NCBI GenBank assembly: GCA_046765695.1
Contig: JBKPNA010000149.1
Coordinates: 1 to 48,617 of the forward strand
DNA: 48,617 nt
Direction of reading: 5' to 3'
Source of the DNA: Actinomycetota bacterium
GTDB lineage: Bacteria; Actinomycetota; Actinomycetes; Propionibacteriales; Propionibacteriaceae
The notes beneath the pieces are model-generated. The model was not told the origin of the DNA, did no database searches, and was given only the letters and a program-made list of their open reading frames with translations. Within the stretch, counting starts at the first letter, position 1; every line of letters starts with the position of its first letter. Both the position numbers and the translations under genes were made by a program. This document shows positions 27,224 through 36,501 of this stretch, piece after piece.

Positions 27224-27240
27224 GCGTGTCAGTGTCCCAG

Positions 27241-28512
27241 TCAGCGGCGGTAGGTAACCTGGCCCGCCCACACGGTGGCCACCACGGGGTCCGGCAGCTC
27301 TCTGCCGTGCCAGGGATTGTTGCGGGAGAGGGAGGCGGACTCGCTGCGGTCGACAACGGCTCGCGCCGTCGAGTCGACCAAAACCACATTCGCCGCCTCA
27401 CCGGCAGCCAACGGCCGGCCCTGGCCGGTCAGCCGGGCGATCCGCGCGGGCACGACGGACATCCGCTCGGCCACCTCGGGCCAGCCGAACCGGTCGGAGT
27501 TCACCATCGTCTCCAGCACCACGCCGAGGGCGGTCTCCAGGCCGAGCATGCCGAAGGCCGCCTCCCCGAATGCGTGCTCCTTGTCATGCCGCGCGTGTGG
27601 CGCGTGGTCGGTGGCCACCGCGTCGATCGTGCCGTCGGCCAGGGCGTTGCGCAGCGCCTCGACGTCCTCGGCCGGCCGCAGCGGCGGATTGACCTTGTAC
27701 GTCGGGTCGTAGCTCAGCACCTCATCGGTCGTCAGCAGCAGGTGGTGCGGCGTGACCTCGGCGGTGACCGGTAGCCCGCGTTGCTTCGCCCAGCGAATCA
27801 CCTCGACGGTCTCCGCGGTGGAGACGTGACAGATGTGTACCCGCGAGCGGGTCAGTCCGGCCAGCTGCACGTCTCGGGCGACGATGCTGGCTTCGGCCGC
27901 CGGCGGCCAGCCGGCCAGGCCCAGCCGACCGGAGATGTCGCCCTCATGACAGCAGGCGTCCGGTCCGGCGAGCTGCGGGTCCTGGGCGTGCTGGGCGATG
28001 ACGCCGTCGAACGCCCGGACGTACTCCAGGGCCCGGCGCATCAGCCGGCTGTCTGCGACGCAGTGCCCGTCGTCGGAGAACACCCGTACGCCAGCTCGGG
28101 ACCGGGCCATCAGGCCCAGCTCCGCGAGCTCGGTCCCGCCGAGCCCCTTGCTCACCGCGCCGACCGGCACCACCTGCGCTGCGCCGTCCCGGCGGCCAAG
28201 GGCGGCAACATGCTCGGCGGCCTCGGCCGTGTCGGTGACCGGGGAGGTGTTCGCCATCGCGAGCACCGCAGTGAAGCCACCCCGGGCCGCGGCCTGGGTG
28301 CCGGAGGCGATCGTCTCGGCGTCCTCGCGGCCGGGTTCGCGCAGGTGAGTGTGCAGGTCGACCAGACCGGGCAGCGCCACGAGCCCATCCGCGTCGATCC
28401 GCTCAGCTCCCGGGGCAACCTCCTCTGGGTCGAGGAACACCCCGTCGCGAATGAGCAGGTCGGCGCGGCCCGCATCGGCCAGATCCGCGCCGACGATCAG
28501 CAGATCCCTCAC
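27241..28512 (-). CDS. pyrC: Dihydroorotase
   Basis: [46 protein letters not shown]. Confidence 0.96.
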   Translation of the reverse strand: MRDLLIVGADLADAGRADLLIRDGVFLDPEEVAPGAERIDADGLVALPGLVDLHTHLREPGREDAETIASGTQAAARGGFTAVLAMANTSPVTDTAEAAEHVAALGRRDGAAQVVPVGAVSKGLGGTELAELGLMARSRAGVRVFSDDGHCVADSRLMRRALEYVRAFDGVIAQHAQDPQLAGPDACCHEGDISGRLGLAGWPPAAEASIVARDVQLAGLTRSRVHICHVSTAETVEVIRWAKQRGLPVTAEVTPHHLLLTTDEVLSYDPTYKVNPPLRPAEDVEALRNALADGTIDAVATDHAPHARHDKEHAFGEAAFGMLGLETALGVVLETMVNSDRFGWPEVAERMSVVPARIARLTGQGRPLAAGEAANVVLVDSTARAVVDRSESASLSRNNPWHGRELPDPVVATVWAGQVTYRR

Positions 28513-29456
28513 TCGGCACCGCCCAGCAGCTGGTAGAGCACGCTCATCCGGACCGCGACCCCCGCGGACACCTGGTCCAGGATCAGTGAGCTGGCCGCGT
28601 CCGCCGCATCAGCCGAGATCTCCAGGCCGCGGTTCATCGGCCCCGGATGGCAGATCGCCGCACCGGGCTTCAGCGCGCACAACCGATCTCGGGTCAGCCC
28701 GTAGCCGACCGTGTACTCCCGCGGGGTGGGGAAGTACCCGCCGGACATCCGCTCCCGCTGCACCCGAAGCATCATCACCACGTCGGCCTCGGGCAGCACC
28801 TCGTCGAGCTCGCTGCTCACCTGGACCGGCCACGATCCCACGCCCGCGGGCAGCAGGGTCGGCGGGGCTACCACGACGACCTCCGCCCCGAGCGTCGTCA
28901 GCAGGATCACGTTGCTCCGCGCCACCCGGGAGTGGGTGATGTCGCCGACGATCGCGACGGTGCGGCCAGCGAAGCTGTCCACCGCTCCGCCGAGCGACCG
29001 GAAGTGCCGGCGCATCGTGAACGCGTCCAGCAGCGCCTGGGTCGGGTGCTCATGAGTGCCGTCCCCGGCGTTGAGCACCCGAGCGTCGATGCCGAGCTCG
29101 GCGAACCACTGGGTTGCCTGCCAGGGCGCTCCCGAGGCGTGGTGCCGGATCACCAGGGCATCGACACCCATGGCGGCGACGGTCAGCACCGTGTCTCGCA
29201 GCGACTCGCCCTTGGACACCGAGGAGCCCTTGGCGCTGATGTTGATCACGTCCGCGGACAACCACTTGCCGGCCAGCTCGAACGAGGACCGGGTGCGGGT
29301 GGAATCCTCGAAGAAGAGATTGACCACCGTACGGCCCCGCAGCGCCGGCAGCTTCTTCACCGGCCGGCTCTGCACCATGGCCATCTCCTCGGCCAGATCC
29401 AGGATCTCGTCGATCTGCGCGCGGTCCAGGTCGGCCGCGGACAGCAGGTGGTGCAT
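28509..29456 (-). CDS. pyrB: Aspartate carbamoyltransferase catalytic subunit
   Basis: [49 protein letters not shown]. Confidence 0.97.
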   Translation of the reverse strand: MHHLLSAADLDRAQIDEILDLAEEMAMVQSRPVKKLPALRGRTVVNLFFEDSTRTRSSFELAGKWLSADVINISAKGSSVSKGESLRDTVLTVAAMGVDALVIRHHASGAPWQATQWFAELGIDARVLNAGDGTHEHPTQALLDAFTMRRHFRSLGGAVDSFAGRTVAIVGDITHSRVARSNVILLTTLGAEVVVVAPPTLLPAGVGSWPVQVSSELDEVLPEADVVMMLRVQRERMSGGYFPTPREYTVGYGLTRDRLCALKPGAAICHPGPMNRGLEISADAADAASSLILDQVSAGVAVRMSVLYQLLGGAE

Positions 29457-30085
29457 CAGCCGTCCTCCCGCCCAACCGAGTCATCGGGCTCGATGGTCAC
29501 CTCGTCCACCCCGTCGACCTCGGCCAACCGGACCCTGACCCGTTCGCTGGACCGGGTGGGGATGTTCTTGCCGACGTGGTCGGCACGAATCGGCAGCTCG
29601 CGGTGACCGCGGTCCACCAGTACGGCGAGCCGGACCGCCCGAGGTCGTCCGAGGTCGCCCAGCGCGTCCAGGGCGGCGCGCACCGTACGACCGGAGTAGA
29701 GCACGTCGTCGACCAGCACCACCACACCGTCATCGACCTGACCCGGCACCTCGGTGTGTCCTACGGCCCGGGTCGGCTGCCGGCGCAGGTCGTCGCGATA
29801 CATCGTCACATCGAGCGCGCCGACCGGGATCTCGGTGCGCTCGACCTTCGCAATCGCGGTGGCGAGCCGGCGGGCAAGCGCGACGCCCCGAGTCGGGATG
29901 CCCAGCAGCACGAGACCGGAGGCGCCGCGGTTCGCCTCCAGGATCTGGTGCGCCATCCGGGCGCAGGCGCGGGCAATCTGGTCTGCGTCGAGGACCAGTC
30001 GGCCGACCGTAGCCGGCGCCTCGGCAGTGGCTGGTGCATCGGATGGATCGGGTAGGGCCTCCCGACCCAGGCCCGTCTCCGACAC
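29456..30085 (-). CDS. pyrR: Pyrimidine regulatory protein/uracil phosphoribosyltransferase
   Basis: [45 protein letters not shown]; GTG 30085 follows RBS AGGAG. Confidence 0.95.
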   Translation of the reverse strand: MSETGLGREALPDPSDAPATAEAPATVGRLVLDADQIARACARMAHQILEANRGASGLVLLGIPTRGVALARRLATAIAKVERTEIPVGALDVTMYRDDLRRQPTRAVGHTEVPGQVDDGVVVLVDDVLYSGRTVRAALDALGDLGRPRAVRLAVLVDRGHRELPIRADHVGKNIPTRSSERVRVRLAEVDGVDEVTIEPDDSVGREDG

Positions 30086-30142
30086 CGCATCTCCTGTTCG
30101 CACGCATGCCCCGCCCTGGCTGAGGGCGCTAACGTAAGGGGC

Positions 30143-30445
30143 GTGACCCTCATGCTATTGCCTCTGGACACCCTGCCAGGTTGGCCCGCGGCACCTCAGC
30201 CGTCCGTGTTGCAGCAACTCGGGCTGCTGGTGGGGATACCCCTGCTCGTGGCACTGATCGTGTTCGCCATCGCGAAGATCGGGACCACCGTCCAGGCCAG
30301 TCGAGGTGACGCGGCGCCGGTAGCCGAGTCCGTGTGGGTCGGTGGCAGGGAGGGCGGCGGAGAGATCGAGGCTGCTCCCGAGCTGCACGGGGTAGGGGCC
30401 GAGGATGACGACAGGACGCCGGGGGGCGCCGGTGCCCGATGGTGA
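30143..30445 (+). CDS. Single-TM protein, CtaJ-like (accessory subunit of the actinobacterial bcc-aa3 supercomplex)
   Basis: One TM helix ([15 protein letters not shown]), C-terminal GGAGARW resembling the recalled GGGASGKW end of mycobacterial CtaJ; overlaps the DUF5130 gene; TAACGT 7 nt before GTG. Confidence 0.7.
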   Translation: MTLMLLPLDTLPGWPAAPQPSVLQQLGLLVGIPLLVALIVFAIAKIGTTVQASRGDAAPVAESVWVGGREGGGEIEAAPELHGVGAEDDDRTPGGAGARW

Positions 30446-30824
30446 CTCGTTCACCCGGGCAGAGCTGGAACGGATCAAGCGAGCCGTTCACAATGCAGAG
30501 GTCGTCTCGGGTCTGACCTTCTCCGTCTTCGTCGGGGTTGCCGAGGAGGATGCGCGGGCGTACGCCGAACGCCTGCACAGCGTGCTTGACGACCCTCCCC
30601 GCTCCGTGCTGGTCCTGTGTGACCCGGAGTTCCATGTACTGGAGATCGTCACCGGCAGTGAGGCTCGTCGCTGGCTCGGTGACGTCGAGTGTGGACTTGC
30701 GGCCGCGACGATGCAGACCTCATTCGTCGCGGGCGACATCGTGGGTGGCCTGGCCGCCGGCATCCAGCAGTTGGGTGAAGCCGCCCGGCACCCACGCACC
30801 CTGCACACGTCACAGCCGGGTTAG
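30432..30824 (+). CDS. DUF5130 family protein, CtaI/Rv2468c-like
   Basis: F...EL..I..A, FSVFVG, VLV.CDP....LEIVTG, SF..GD.VGGL..GI..L pattern; GTG start overlaps the upstream stop. Confidence 0.8.
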   Translation: MPDGDSFTRAELERIKRAVHNAEVVSGLTFSVFVGVAEEDARAYAERLHSVLDDPPRSVLVLCDPEFHVLEIVTGSEARRWLGDVECGLAAATMQTSFVAGDIVGGLAAGIQQLGEAARHPRTLHTSQPG

Positions 30825-30940
30825 GGCCGAGCAGCAGTTTTCGCATCCGTTGACTAACGATTCGGCAGTTGGCGGTGTCGTAAGCCAACAGTTTCTGCAG
30901 GACATTGCTGTCGATATGCCTAGCTTTCTAGGCTTGTGAC

Positions 30941-31657
30941 ATGGGCAAGAAGCGCAAGAAGGCCGAGAAGTCTGGCAGACCCGAGGCCAAGACCAAGGTC
31001 AAGAAGGCGCTCGCTGCCGCCAAGGCGACGAGCCACGAGGCGCTCACACCCGTTACGGAGCCGCCGGGCCGAGAAATCGCGCCGGCCACCACGGTCGACC
31101 TCTGGTTCGATCCGATCTGCCCCTGGACCTGGCTGACCTTCCGCTGGCTGCTCGAGCTGGAGGCCGTCCGGCCGGTGAAGACCTATCTCCACGTGATGAG
31201 CAAGGTGTTGCTGAACGCTGGGAAGGACACCGAGGAATTGGGTCCGGCACGAGTTGCGCTCGCGGTAGGAGAGCAGTACGGCCAGGAGCAGCTCGCCGCC
31301 TTCTACACCGCGATCGGCACCCGGATCCACGACAAGCAGCAGGGCGCTGGCAGGGACACCATCGACGGCGCTCTGGCTGATGTCGGGTTGCCGCCTGAGC
31401 TGGCCGAGCCGGCTGACACCGACGACAACGACGACGCCCTTCGGGCCTCACATCGCGCCGGAGTCGACCCGGTCGGTCAGGACGTCGACACTCCAGTGAT
31501 TCACGTCAACGGTGTGGCGTTCGTCGGCCCGGCGTTCTCGCCCCGGCCGAAGGGTGAGGAGGCGGCGCAGATCTTCGACGGCGTGCTGGCACTGGTCTCC
31601 AGTTCCGGCTTCTTCGAGCTCAAGCGCGCCCGTCCCGGAACGCCCGCTCTCGACTAG
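30941..31657 (+). CDS. DsbA-like thioredoxin-fold protein, Rv2466c (mycothiol-dependent reductase) family
   Basis: DLWFDPICPWTW, FYTAIG.RIH, LRASH..G...VG.DV.TP.I, FFELKR; adjacent to rpiB; TAGGCT 6 nt before ATG. Confidence 0.88.
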   Translation: MGKKRKKAEKSGRPEAKTKVKKALAAAKATSHEALTPVTEPPGREIAPATTVDLWFDPICPWTWLTFRWLLELEAVRPVKTYLHVMSKVLLNAGKDTEELGPARVALAVGEQYGQEQLAAFYTAIGTRIHDKQQGAGRDTIDGALADVGLPPELAEPADTDDNDDALRASHRAGVDPVGQDVDTPVIHVNGVAFVGPAFSPRPKGEEAAQIFDGVLALVSSSGFFELKRARPGTPALD

Positions 31658-31666
31658 GTCCGGACT

Positions 31667-31745
31667 CGTCTCTCCGCACAAGGCGACGAACGGCGGCTGA
31701 TTCGCGCACATTTCGGCTCCGTACTTCCGCACAAGGCCACAGCGG
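31667..31745 (+). repeat. Family A repeat, 2 copies
   Basis: CGTCTCTCCGCACAAGGCGAC at 31667 and CGTACTTCCGCACAAGGCCAC at 31720 (period 53). Confidence 0.85.
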
Positions 31746-31811
31746 CGAGGGCAAGCGGCATGCAGCCCGCAAGGGATGCCCGCCATGAGGCCGATCTGCG
31801 ATAGTGCACTC

Positions 31812-32264
31812 ATGCGCGTACACATCGGCAGCGATCACGCCGGATTCGACCTGAAGAAGTTCCTCGTGGCGGCCCTCACCGAGGACGGACACGATGTCGT
31901 CGACCACGGGCCCGAGACGTACGACGCCGAGGACGACTACCCGACCTACTGCATCCCGGCTGCTGAGGCCGCGGTTGCCGAGCCCGACTCACTCGGGGTG
32001 GTGGTCGGAGGCTCGGGCAACGGGGAGCAGATCGCCGCCAACAAGGTGATCGGCGCGCGAGCCGCGTTGGCGTACAACGTCGAGACCGCGACGCTCGGCC
32101 GGCAGCACAACGACGCCAACGTGATCAGCATCGGGGCCCGGATGCACAGTGAGGAGGAGGCTCTGGAGCTGGTCCGGACGTTCCTCGCCACGCCGTTCAG
32201 CGGGGACCCGCGCCACGCGCGTCGGATCCGGTTGCTAGCGGAGTACGAGGGTCGCCGCGGGTAG
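31812..32264 (+). CDS. rpiB: Ribose-5-phosphate isomerase B
   Basis: MRVHIGSDHAG, DDYP, GGSGNGEQIAANKV, R.HNDAN, RH.RRI. Confidence 0.96.
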   Translation: MRVHIGSDHAGFDLKKFLVAALTEDGHDVVDHGPETYDAEDDYPTYCIPAAEAAVAEPDSLGVVVGGSGNGEQIAANKVIGARAALAYNVETATLGRQHNDANVISIGARMHSEEEALELVRTFLATPFSGDPRHARRIRLLAEYEGRRG

Positions 32265-32268
32265 CAGG

Positions 32269-32535
32269 CTAACCGGGCCGGTTGGGCGTACGCCTGCCAT
32301 CGATCCGAGCAAGCAGCTCATCGATCAGCTCGTCCGCGACCTGCTCGTCTTCAAGGCGAGGACGGGAGACATCCCGCGCTCGCATGGCACGGTCCAAGGT
32401 GACCAGTCCCGAGACACCGTCCCGCCCGAAGTCCCGCGGCCATAGCTCGCGCGCGTCGTGCGTGATCCCCGATTGCTGTGTTCCCCCGCCGTGCGACCCC
32501 TGGGATCGACCCCCAGGTGGCACCGCACCTGTCAT
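32269..32535 (-). CDS. Small hypothetical protein (88 aa)
   Basis: Fills the rpiB-nei gap; TAGCGT -10-like hexamer 7 nt before ATG 32535; RAMRARDVSRP segment followed by an acidic helix. Confidence 0.55.
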   Translation of the reverse strand: MTGAVPPGGRSQGSHGGGTQQSGITHDARELWPRDFGRDGVSGLVTLDRAMRARDVSRPRLEDEQVADELIDELLARIDGRRTPNRPG

Positions 32536-32610
32536 GGCTGACACGCTAGGCCAGATCCGCTGCCCACCGCAGCTATTCGCCCTGAAGTGTTACGCATCGA
32601 CAGGAGGTAG

Positions 32611-33417
32611 ATGCCCGAGGGACACACCTTGCACCGGCTCGCACTGGACCTGACCGACGCCTTCGGCGGCCGGATGGTGTCGGTGACCAGTCCCCAGGGT
32701 CGGTTCGTGACCTCGGCCGCCCTGCTCGACCAGACCCGGATGATCGAGGCGACGGCCCATGGCAAGCACCTGTTCTGCCAGTTCGACGACGAGCGGTTCC
32801 TGCACGTACACCTCGGGCTGATCGGCAAGTTCCAGCTCGGGCCGCCCGAGCCGCCGTGGGGTGAGGTCCGGCTGCGGATCGCCACGCAGGACGTCGCTGC
32901 GGATCTGCGTGGACCACAGTTGTGCGCCGTGGAGACGCGGTCGGAGATTAACGCGGCGATGGCCGAGCTCGGCCCTGACCCGCTGCGGCCCGACGCCGAC
33001 CCCGAGGTGGCCTGGCAACGGATCCGGCGGGCGTCCCGCCCGATCGCCGCGCTGCTGATGGACCAGACCGTCCTGTCGGGAGTCGGGAACGTCTATCGGG
33101 CAGAGGTGCTGTTCCGCAACCGCATCAACCCCCACCGGCCTGGCAACCGGCTGACCCGTCGCAGCTGGCAGGGCATCTGGACCGACCTCGTGACACTGAT
33201 GCCGGAGGGCGTACGCGACAACCGGATCGACACGGTACGCCCCGAGCACACGCCCGAGGCGATGGGCCGACCACCGCGGGAGGACGGGCACGGCGGCGAG
33301 GTCTACGTCTACCGCCGGACGGGGATGCCGTGCCTGGTCTGCGGCTCGAAGGTGCGGACCGAGGTGCTGGCCGGGCGGAACCTGTTCTGGTGCGGCCGGT
33401 GTCAGCGGCGCGGTTGA
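32611..33417 (+). CDS. nei: Fpg/Nei-family DNA glycosylase (endonuclease VIII-like)
   Basis: MPEGH N-terminus, GKHLF, HLGL.G, H2TH LMDQ...SGVGNVYRAE.LF, C-terminal CxxC...CxxCQ zinc finger; RBS AGGAGG. Confidence 0.95.
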   Translation: MPEGHTLHRLALDLTDAFGGRMVSVTSPQGRFVTSAALLDQTRMIEATAHGKHLFCQFDDERFLHVHLGLIGKFQLGPPEPPWGEVRLRIATQDVAADLRGPQLCAVETRSEINAAMAELGPDPLRPDADPEVAWQRIRRASRPIAALLMDQTVLSGVGNVYRAEVLFRNRINPHRPGNRLTRRSWQGIWTDLVTLMPEGVRDNRIDTVRPEHTPEAMGRPPREDGHGGEVYVYRRTGMPCLVCGSKVRTEVLAGRNLFWCGRCQRRG

Positions 33418-34958
33418 GCTTCCCGTTGAGTTCAGGGACCGTCGCCCTAGGGCCCGACGGGACGATCGAGCGGGTGCTGGCCGGGCCCTCCTCCGCGATC
33501 AGCTATATCGACAGCGGTGGTCGGGTCACCGTAAGGATCGACGATGTCGAGATCGCCTGGCCGGAGGCCGCGGTCGCGGCCGATGTGGACGAGGTCGAGT
33601 TTCACTACCTCGGCCGGCAGGATCTCACTCTGATGATCCGCCACTCGTTCACCGCTGGCTGGGGGATCCGGGTGACACTCGTCAACCAGACCCTGGATCC
33701 GCTGCCGCTGACCGCCGAGCTGGCCTGGGCGCCCACTGCGAGCAGCCACGCTCGGGCACTCGCGGCAGGCGCGACCGGGGCGTACGCGGTTCCCGGGCCG
33801 GATGGCACCGGGCCACTGCTCGGTGGTGAGCTGGTGCTCGGCACCTGTGACGCGGTGACGGCCGACGGCATTGGCTTGGGGCGGTTCACCCTCGATCCGC
33901 TGAAGCGGCGCGTGGTGCAGTGGCGGTGGGACTGGTTCGACAGTCCTGCCGAGTTCTGGTACGCCCGATTCCCTGCCTTGCCGCGCGATCTGGTGCTCCC
34001 GGTGGGCGAAGCCGCCCTCATCGCCGCAGACGACGACGAGGCCGTGGTCGCCCTCGGTGCCGATAGCCAGTGGCGCGGTGGCCAGATTGAGCTCTCCTCA
34101 CCCGATCCGCAACAGGTCACCGTTCAGGTCAGCTCTCGCCGGGGGGTAACGGAGTACGACATCGAGTGGGTGGCTCCGCTCGACGAGGTGCTGGCCGAGC
34201 TCGGCGATTCTTTACTGGCGGGGCCACGGAACCGGGCCGGTTTGGTCCGCCTGGCGAATGTGGACGCTGCGCTGGTGATGCAGCGGCTGGTGAGCGTCGG
34301 CGCGACTGGGGACCCGGATGTCGCGGATGACGCGTTACGGCTGTTCAGTAGCCGGCTCGAGGGCTGCTCGATCACCGGCGGGCGTGAGGTCGCCTTTCTC
34401 TGCAGGGAATTCGACCGCTTGGGCGAGGAGGACCTGCTGGAACGAGCGACGGAGGCCCTGCTTCGGCTCACCGATCCGGTTCCCGGCCTCGGCCTCGCGA
34501 CCGCGCAGGTATGCGTGGCACGACTGGCCCTGGGTTGGTCTGTCGAACCGCTGCTGACCCGCCTGAGGGCACTGACCGCGGCGGGCGATCCCGGTGCTGA
34601 TCTGGACCGAACCGGGATCGCGCTGGAGCTGGCGCTGGTTGGCGGACCCCGACTGCCCGGTGCCGTGGAGCCGGACGGTCTCGAGCATGCCGAGGTCTGG
34701 TCGACCAGGGTCGGTACCGCCCTCGGTGCCGGACTTCCCGGACGGCCGATACGTCCGCTCCCAGTCGAACAGCAGGCGTATCTGGCGACGGTGCTGGACC
34801 TGCTGCCGGAACCGTTGGCGTACCGGATGCGGCCGGAGTGGGGTTGCCGGCTGCACGACGTGGTCCGCCGGGCGCAGGCGGAGGTGCTGGCCCTGCTGGC
34901 TCACCGGCCGCCAGGACCGGCGCTCAGCTGGTTGATCATGGGGTCCCGGCTGGCATGA
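33414..34958 (+). CDS. Hypothetical protein (~514 aa), no family recognised
   Basis: Long ORF with protein-like composition; TTG 33414 overlaps the nei stop (TTGA). Confidence 0.7.
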   Translation: MSFPLSSGTVALGPDGTIERVLAGPSSAISYIDSGGRVTVRIDDVEIAWPEAAVAADVDEVEFHYLGRQDLTLMIRHSFTAGWGIRVTLVNQTLDPLPLTAELAWAPTASSHARALAAGATGAYAVPGPDGTGPLLGGELVLGTCDAVTADGIGLGRFTLDPLKRRVVQWRWDWFDSPAEFWYARFPALPRDLVLPVGEAALIAADDDEAVVALGADSQWRGGQIELSSPDPQQVTVQVSSRRGVTEYDIEWVAPLDEVLAELGDSLLAGPRNRAGLVRLANVDAALVMQRLVSVGATGDPDVADDALRLFSSRLEGCSITGGREVAFLCREFDRLGEEDLLERATEALLRLTDPVPGLGLATAQVCVARLALGWSVEPLLTRLRALTAAGDPGADLDRTGIALELALVGGPRLPGAVEPDGLEHAEVWSTRVGTALGAGLPGRPIRPLPVEQQAYLATVLDLLPEPLAYRMRPEWGCRLHDVVRRAQAEVLALLAHRPPGPALSWLIMGSRLA

Positions 34959-34981
34959 TCACAGCTGGCAAGGAGGTTTCT

Positions 34982-35791
34982 GTGGCAGCCACGTTTCCCC
35001 AGGCGGAGCCGATTCCGCTGGTCGCCGAGCTGTGGTTCGCCGAGCCCCCTGACCTGACCGACCCGGAGCTCGTTGCGGCGCTGCGGGCACTGTCGCCGGA
35101 AGCCGAAGCCCAGCAGGACTCCATCACCGTCCCGTACTCGGGCCGCGGCGGGAACGGGGAGGTCGGCTCGGCGCCGCTGGTCACCGTGGTGATGCCGTCC
35201 ACCCCGCTCGGGCAGTCGGGGAAGCAACGCCCCGATGCGAGCCAGACCTGGGACTGGGACGGAGCCGAGGCAGCCGTGGCCCAGGGCACGGCCGGGGTGA
35301 TCGTGACAGAGCTGCTGATGGCCGGATGGTCACCTCAGGACCGGGTGGCGGCGCTGACCCGAGTGCTGGCGGAGGTGTGCCGGCTGACCCAGCCGCTGGC
35401 GATCTACTGGGCGCACAGCCAGCGGGTCAGCGATCCACAGGCGCTGGCCGTCGACGACCTCAACGGCATCATCAACGTCCGCTTCTTCGCTGTGGCCGGC
35501 GACGAGGACGCGATGGTGCTGGACACGCTCGGCCTATACGCGTTCGGGCTCCCTGACCTGCAGTGCCATTTCCGGGATCGTGAGCCGGGAAAGATCGCGA
35601 GCCTGCTCTACGCGACGGCCCTGTACGTCTTCGACTCCGGCGACGTGATCGCCGACGGCAACACGATCTCGGGCCTGGACGGAGACGAGCGCTACGTCTG
35701 CCGGCGTGAGCGGTCGCTGCTGGAGCCGGTCCGGCTGGTGCTCGATGTGGACCTGGGGGATCCGTACGCGGCGGGCCGGCGGGACCGATAA
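34982..35791 (+). CDS. DUF4261 domain-containing protein
   Basis: NVRFF, DTLGL..FGLPDLQCHF, LY..A.Y.F..GDVI.DG.TI.G; GTG 34982 follows AAGGAGG (alternative ATG 34955 overlaps the upstream stop). Confidence 0.75.
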   Translation: MAATFPQAEPIPLVAELWFAEPPDLTDPELVAALRALSPEAEAQQDSITVPYSGRGGNGEVGSAPLVTVVMPSTPLGQSGKQRPDASQTWDWDGAEAAVAQGTAGVIVTELLMAGWSPQDRVAALTRVLAEVCRLTQPLAIYWAHSQRVSDPQALAVDDLNGIINVRFFAVAGDEDAMVLDTLGLYAFGLPDLQCHFRDREPGKIASLLYATALYVFDSGDVIADGNTISGLDGDERYVCRRERSLLEPVRLVLDVDLGDPYAAGRRDR

Positions 35792-35801
35792 CCGCAAGCT
35801 C

Positions 35802-35820
35802 GGTATCAGGTTGGTATCAT
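35802..35820 (+). promoter_or_regulatory. Toxin-antitoxin promoter/operator
   Basis: GGTATCA direct repeats at 35802 and 35813; TATCAT (35815-35820) lies 6 nt before the antitoxin ATG. Confidence 0.6.
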
Positions 35821-35826
35821 AGGGTC

Positions 35827-36030
35827 ATGGCCATGACTCTGCGACTGAGTGACGAGCAGGACCGCATGTTGACCGAGCTTGCCGCCGCAGAAGGGATCAG
35901 CAAGCAGGATGCGGTAGTTCGAGCGATCTACGAACGGTCGTCGCGGCTGGCCAAGGACGCCGAGGTGCGCCGCCTCGCCCGTGAGGCTATCCGCGACTAC
36001 GGATCGCTGCTTGATCGCCTGGCCCAGTGA
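35827..36030 (+). CDS. Ribbon-helix-helix antitoxin
   Basis: 67 aa MAMTLRL...L..LA..EGISKQ.AV.RAI, C-terminal Y..LLDRLAQ; GTGA overlap with the toxin. Confidence 0.85.
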   Translation: MAMTLRLSDEQDRMLTELAAAEGISKQDAVVRAIYERSSRLAKDAEVRRLAREAIRDYGSLLDRLAQ

Positions 36031-36404
36031 CCCGCTACCTCCAATTGGAGGATCTGCTGGCGCTCAGCGACGAGCTCGGCGTAGGTCCGGTGCGTGATCT
36101 TGGTCTGCTGGACTCGGCGGCGCATCGCCCGCAGACCAGCCTGTTCGGTGAGGACGCCTACCCCGACCTGCACACCAAGGCGGCAGTGCTGCTCGAGTCG
36201 CTGACGCGGAACCATGCCCTGGTGGATGGCAACAAGCGTCTGGGCTGGGTTGCCGTCGTGGTCTTCTACGGGCTCAACGGTTTCGCCATGCGCGCGCCCG
36301 AGGATCCCGCTTACGACCTGGTGATTGGCGTGGCGACGGGCGACTTGGCTCCAGATCAGGTTGCCTCGACCCTCTCTGAGTGGGTCAGCGCTCGCTTGCC
36401 CTGA
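36027..36404 (+). CDS. Doc/Fic-family toxin (death-on-curing)
   Basis: VRDLGLLDSA..RP, KAA.LL.SL..NHALVDGNKR (Doc-type motif). Confidence 0.9.
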   Translation: MTRYLQLEDLLALSDELGVGPVRDLGLLDSAAHRPQTSLFGEDAYPDLHTKAAVLLESLTRNHALVDGNKRLGWVAVVVFYGLNGFAMRAPEDPAYDLVIGVATGDLAPDQVASTLSEWVSARLP

Positions 36405-36413
36405 GGTTGTCGC

Positions 36414-36479
36414 ATCTACACCCTTTGCTTCGGTCTGCACCGCCCGCAACGGGTGCAGATCGAAGCAAACGGTGCAGAT
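36414..36479. repeat. Family C 66-nt palindromic element, copy 1
   Basis: ATCTACACCCTTTGCTTCGGTCTGCACC-N10-GGTGCAGATCGAAGCAAACGGTGCAGAT; homologous to 47364-47429. Confidence 0.88.
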
Positions 36480-36501
36480 CCGTGATCTTGGGGCCGCTTC
36501 G

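Noticed and set aside
33414-36479. Prophage or integrative island
   Set aside because: No integrase, att repeats, tRNA or phage genes, and no obvious compositional shift by eye.
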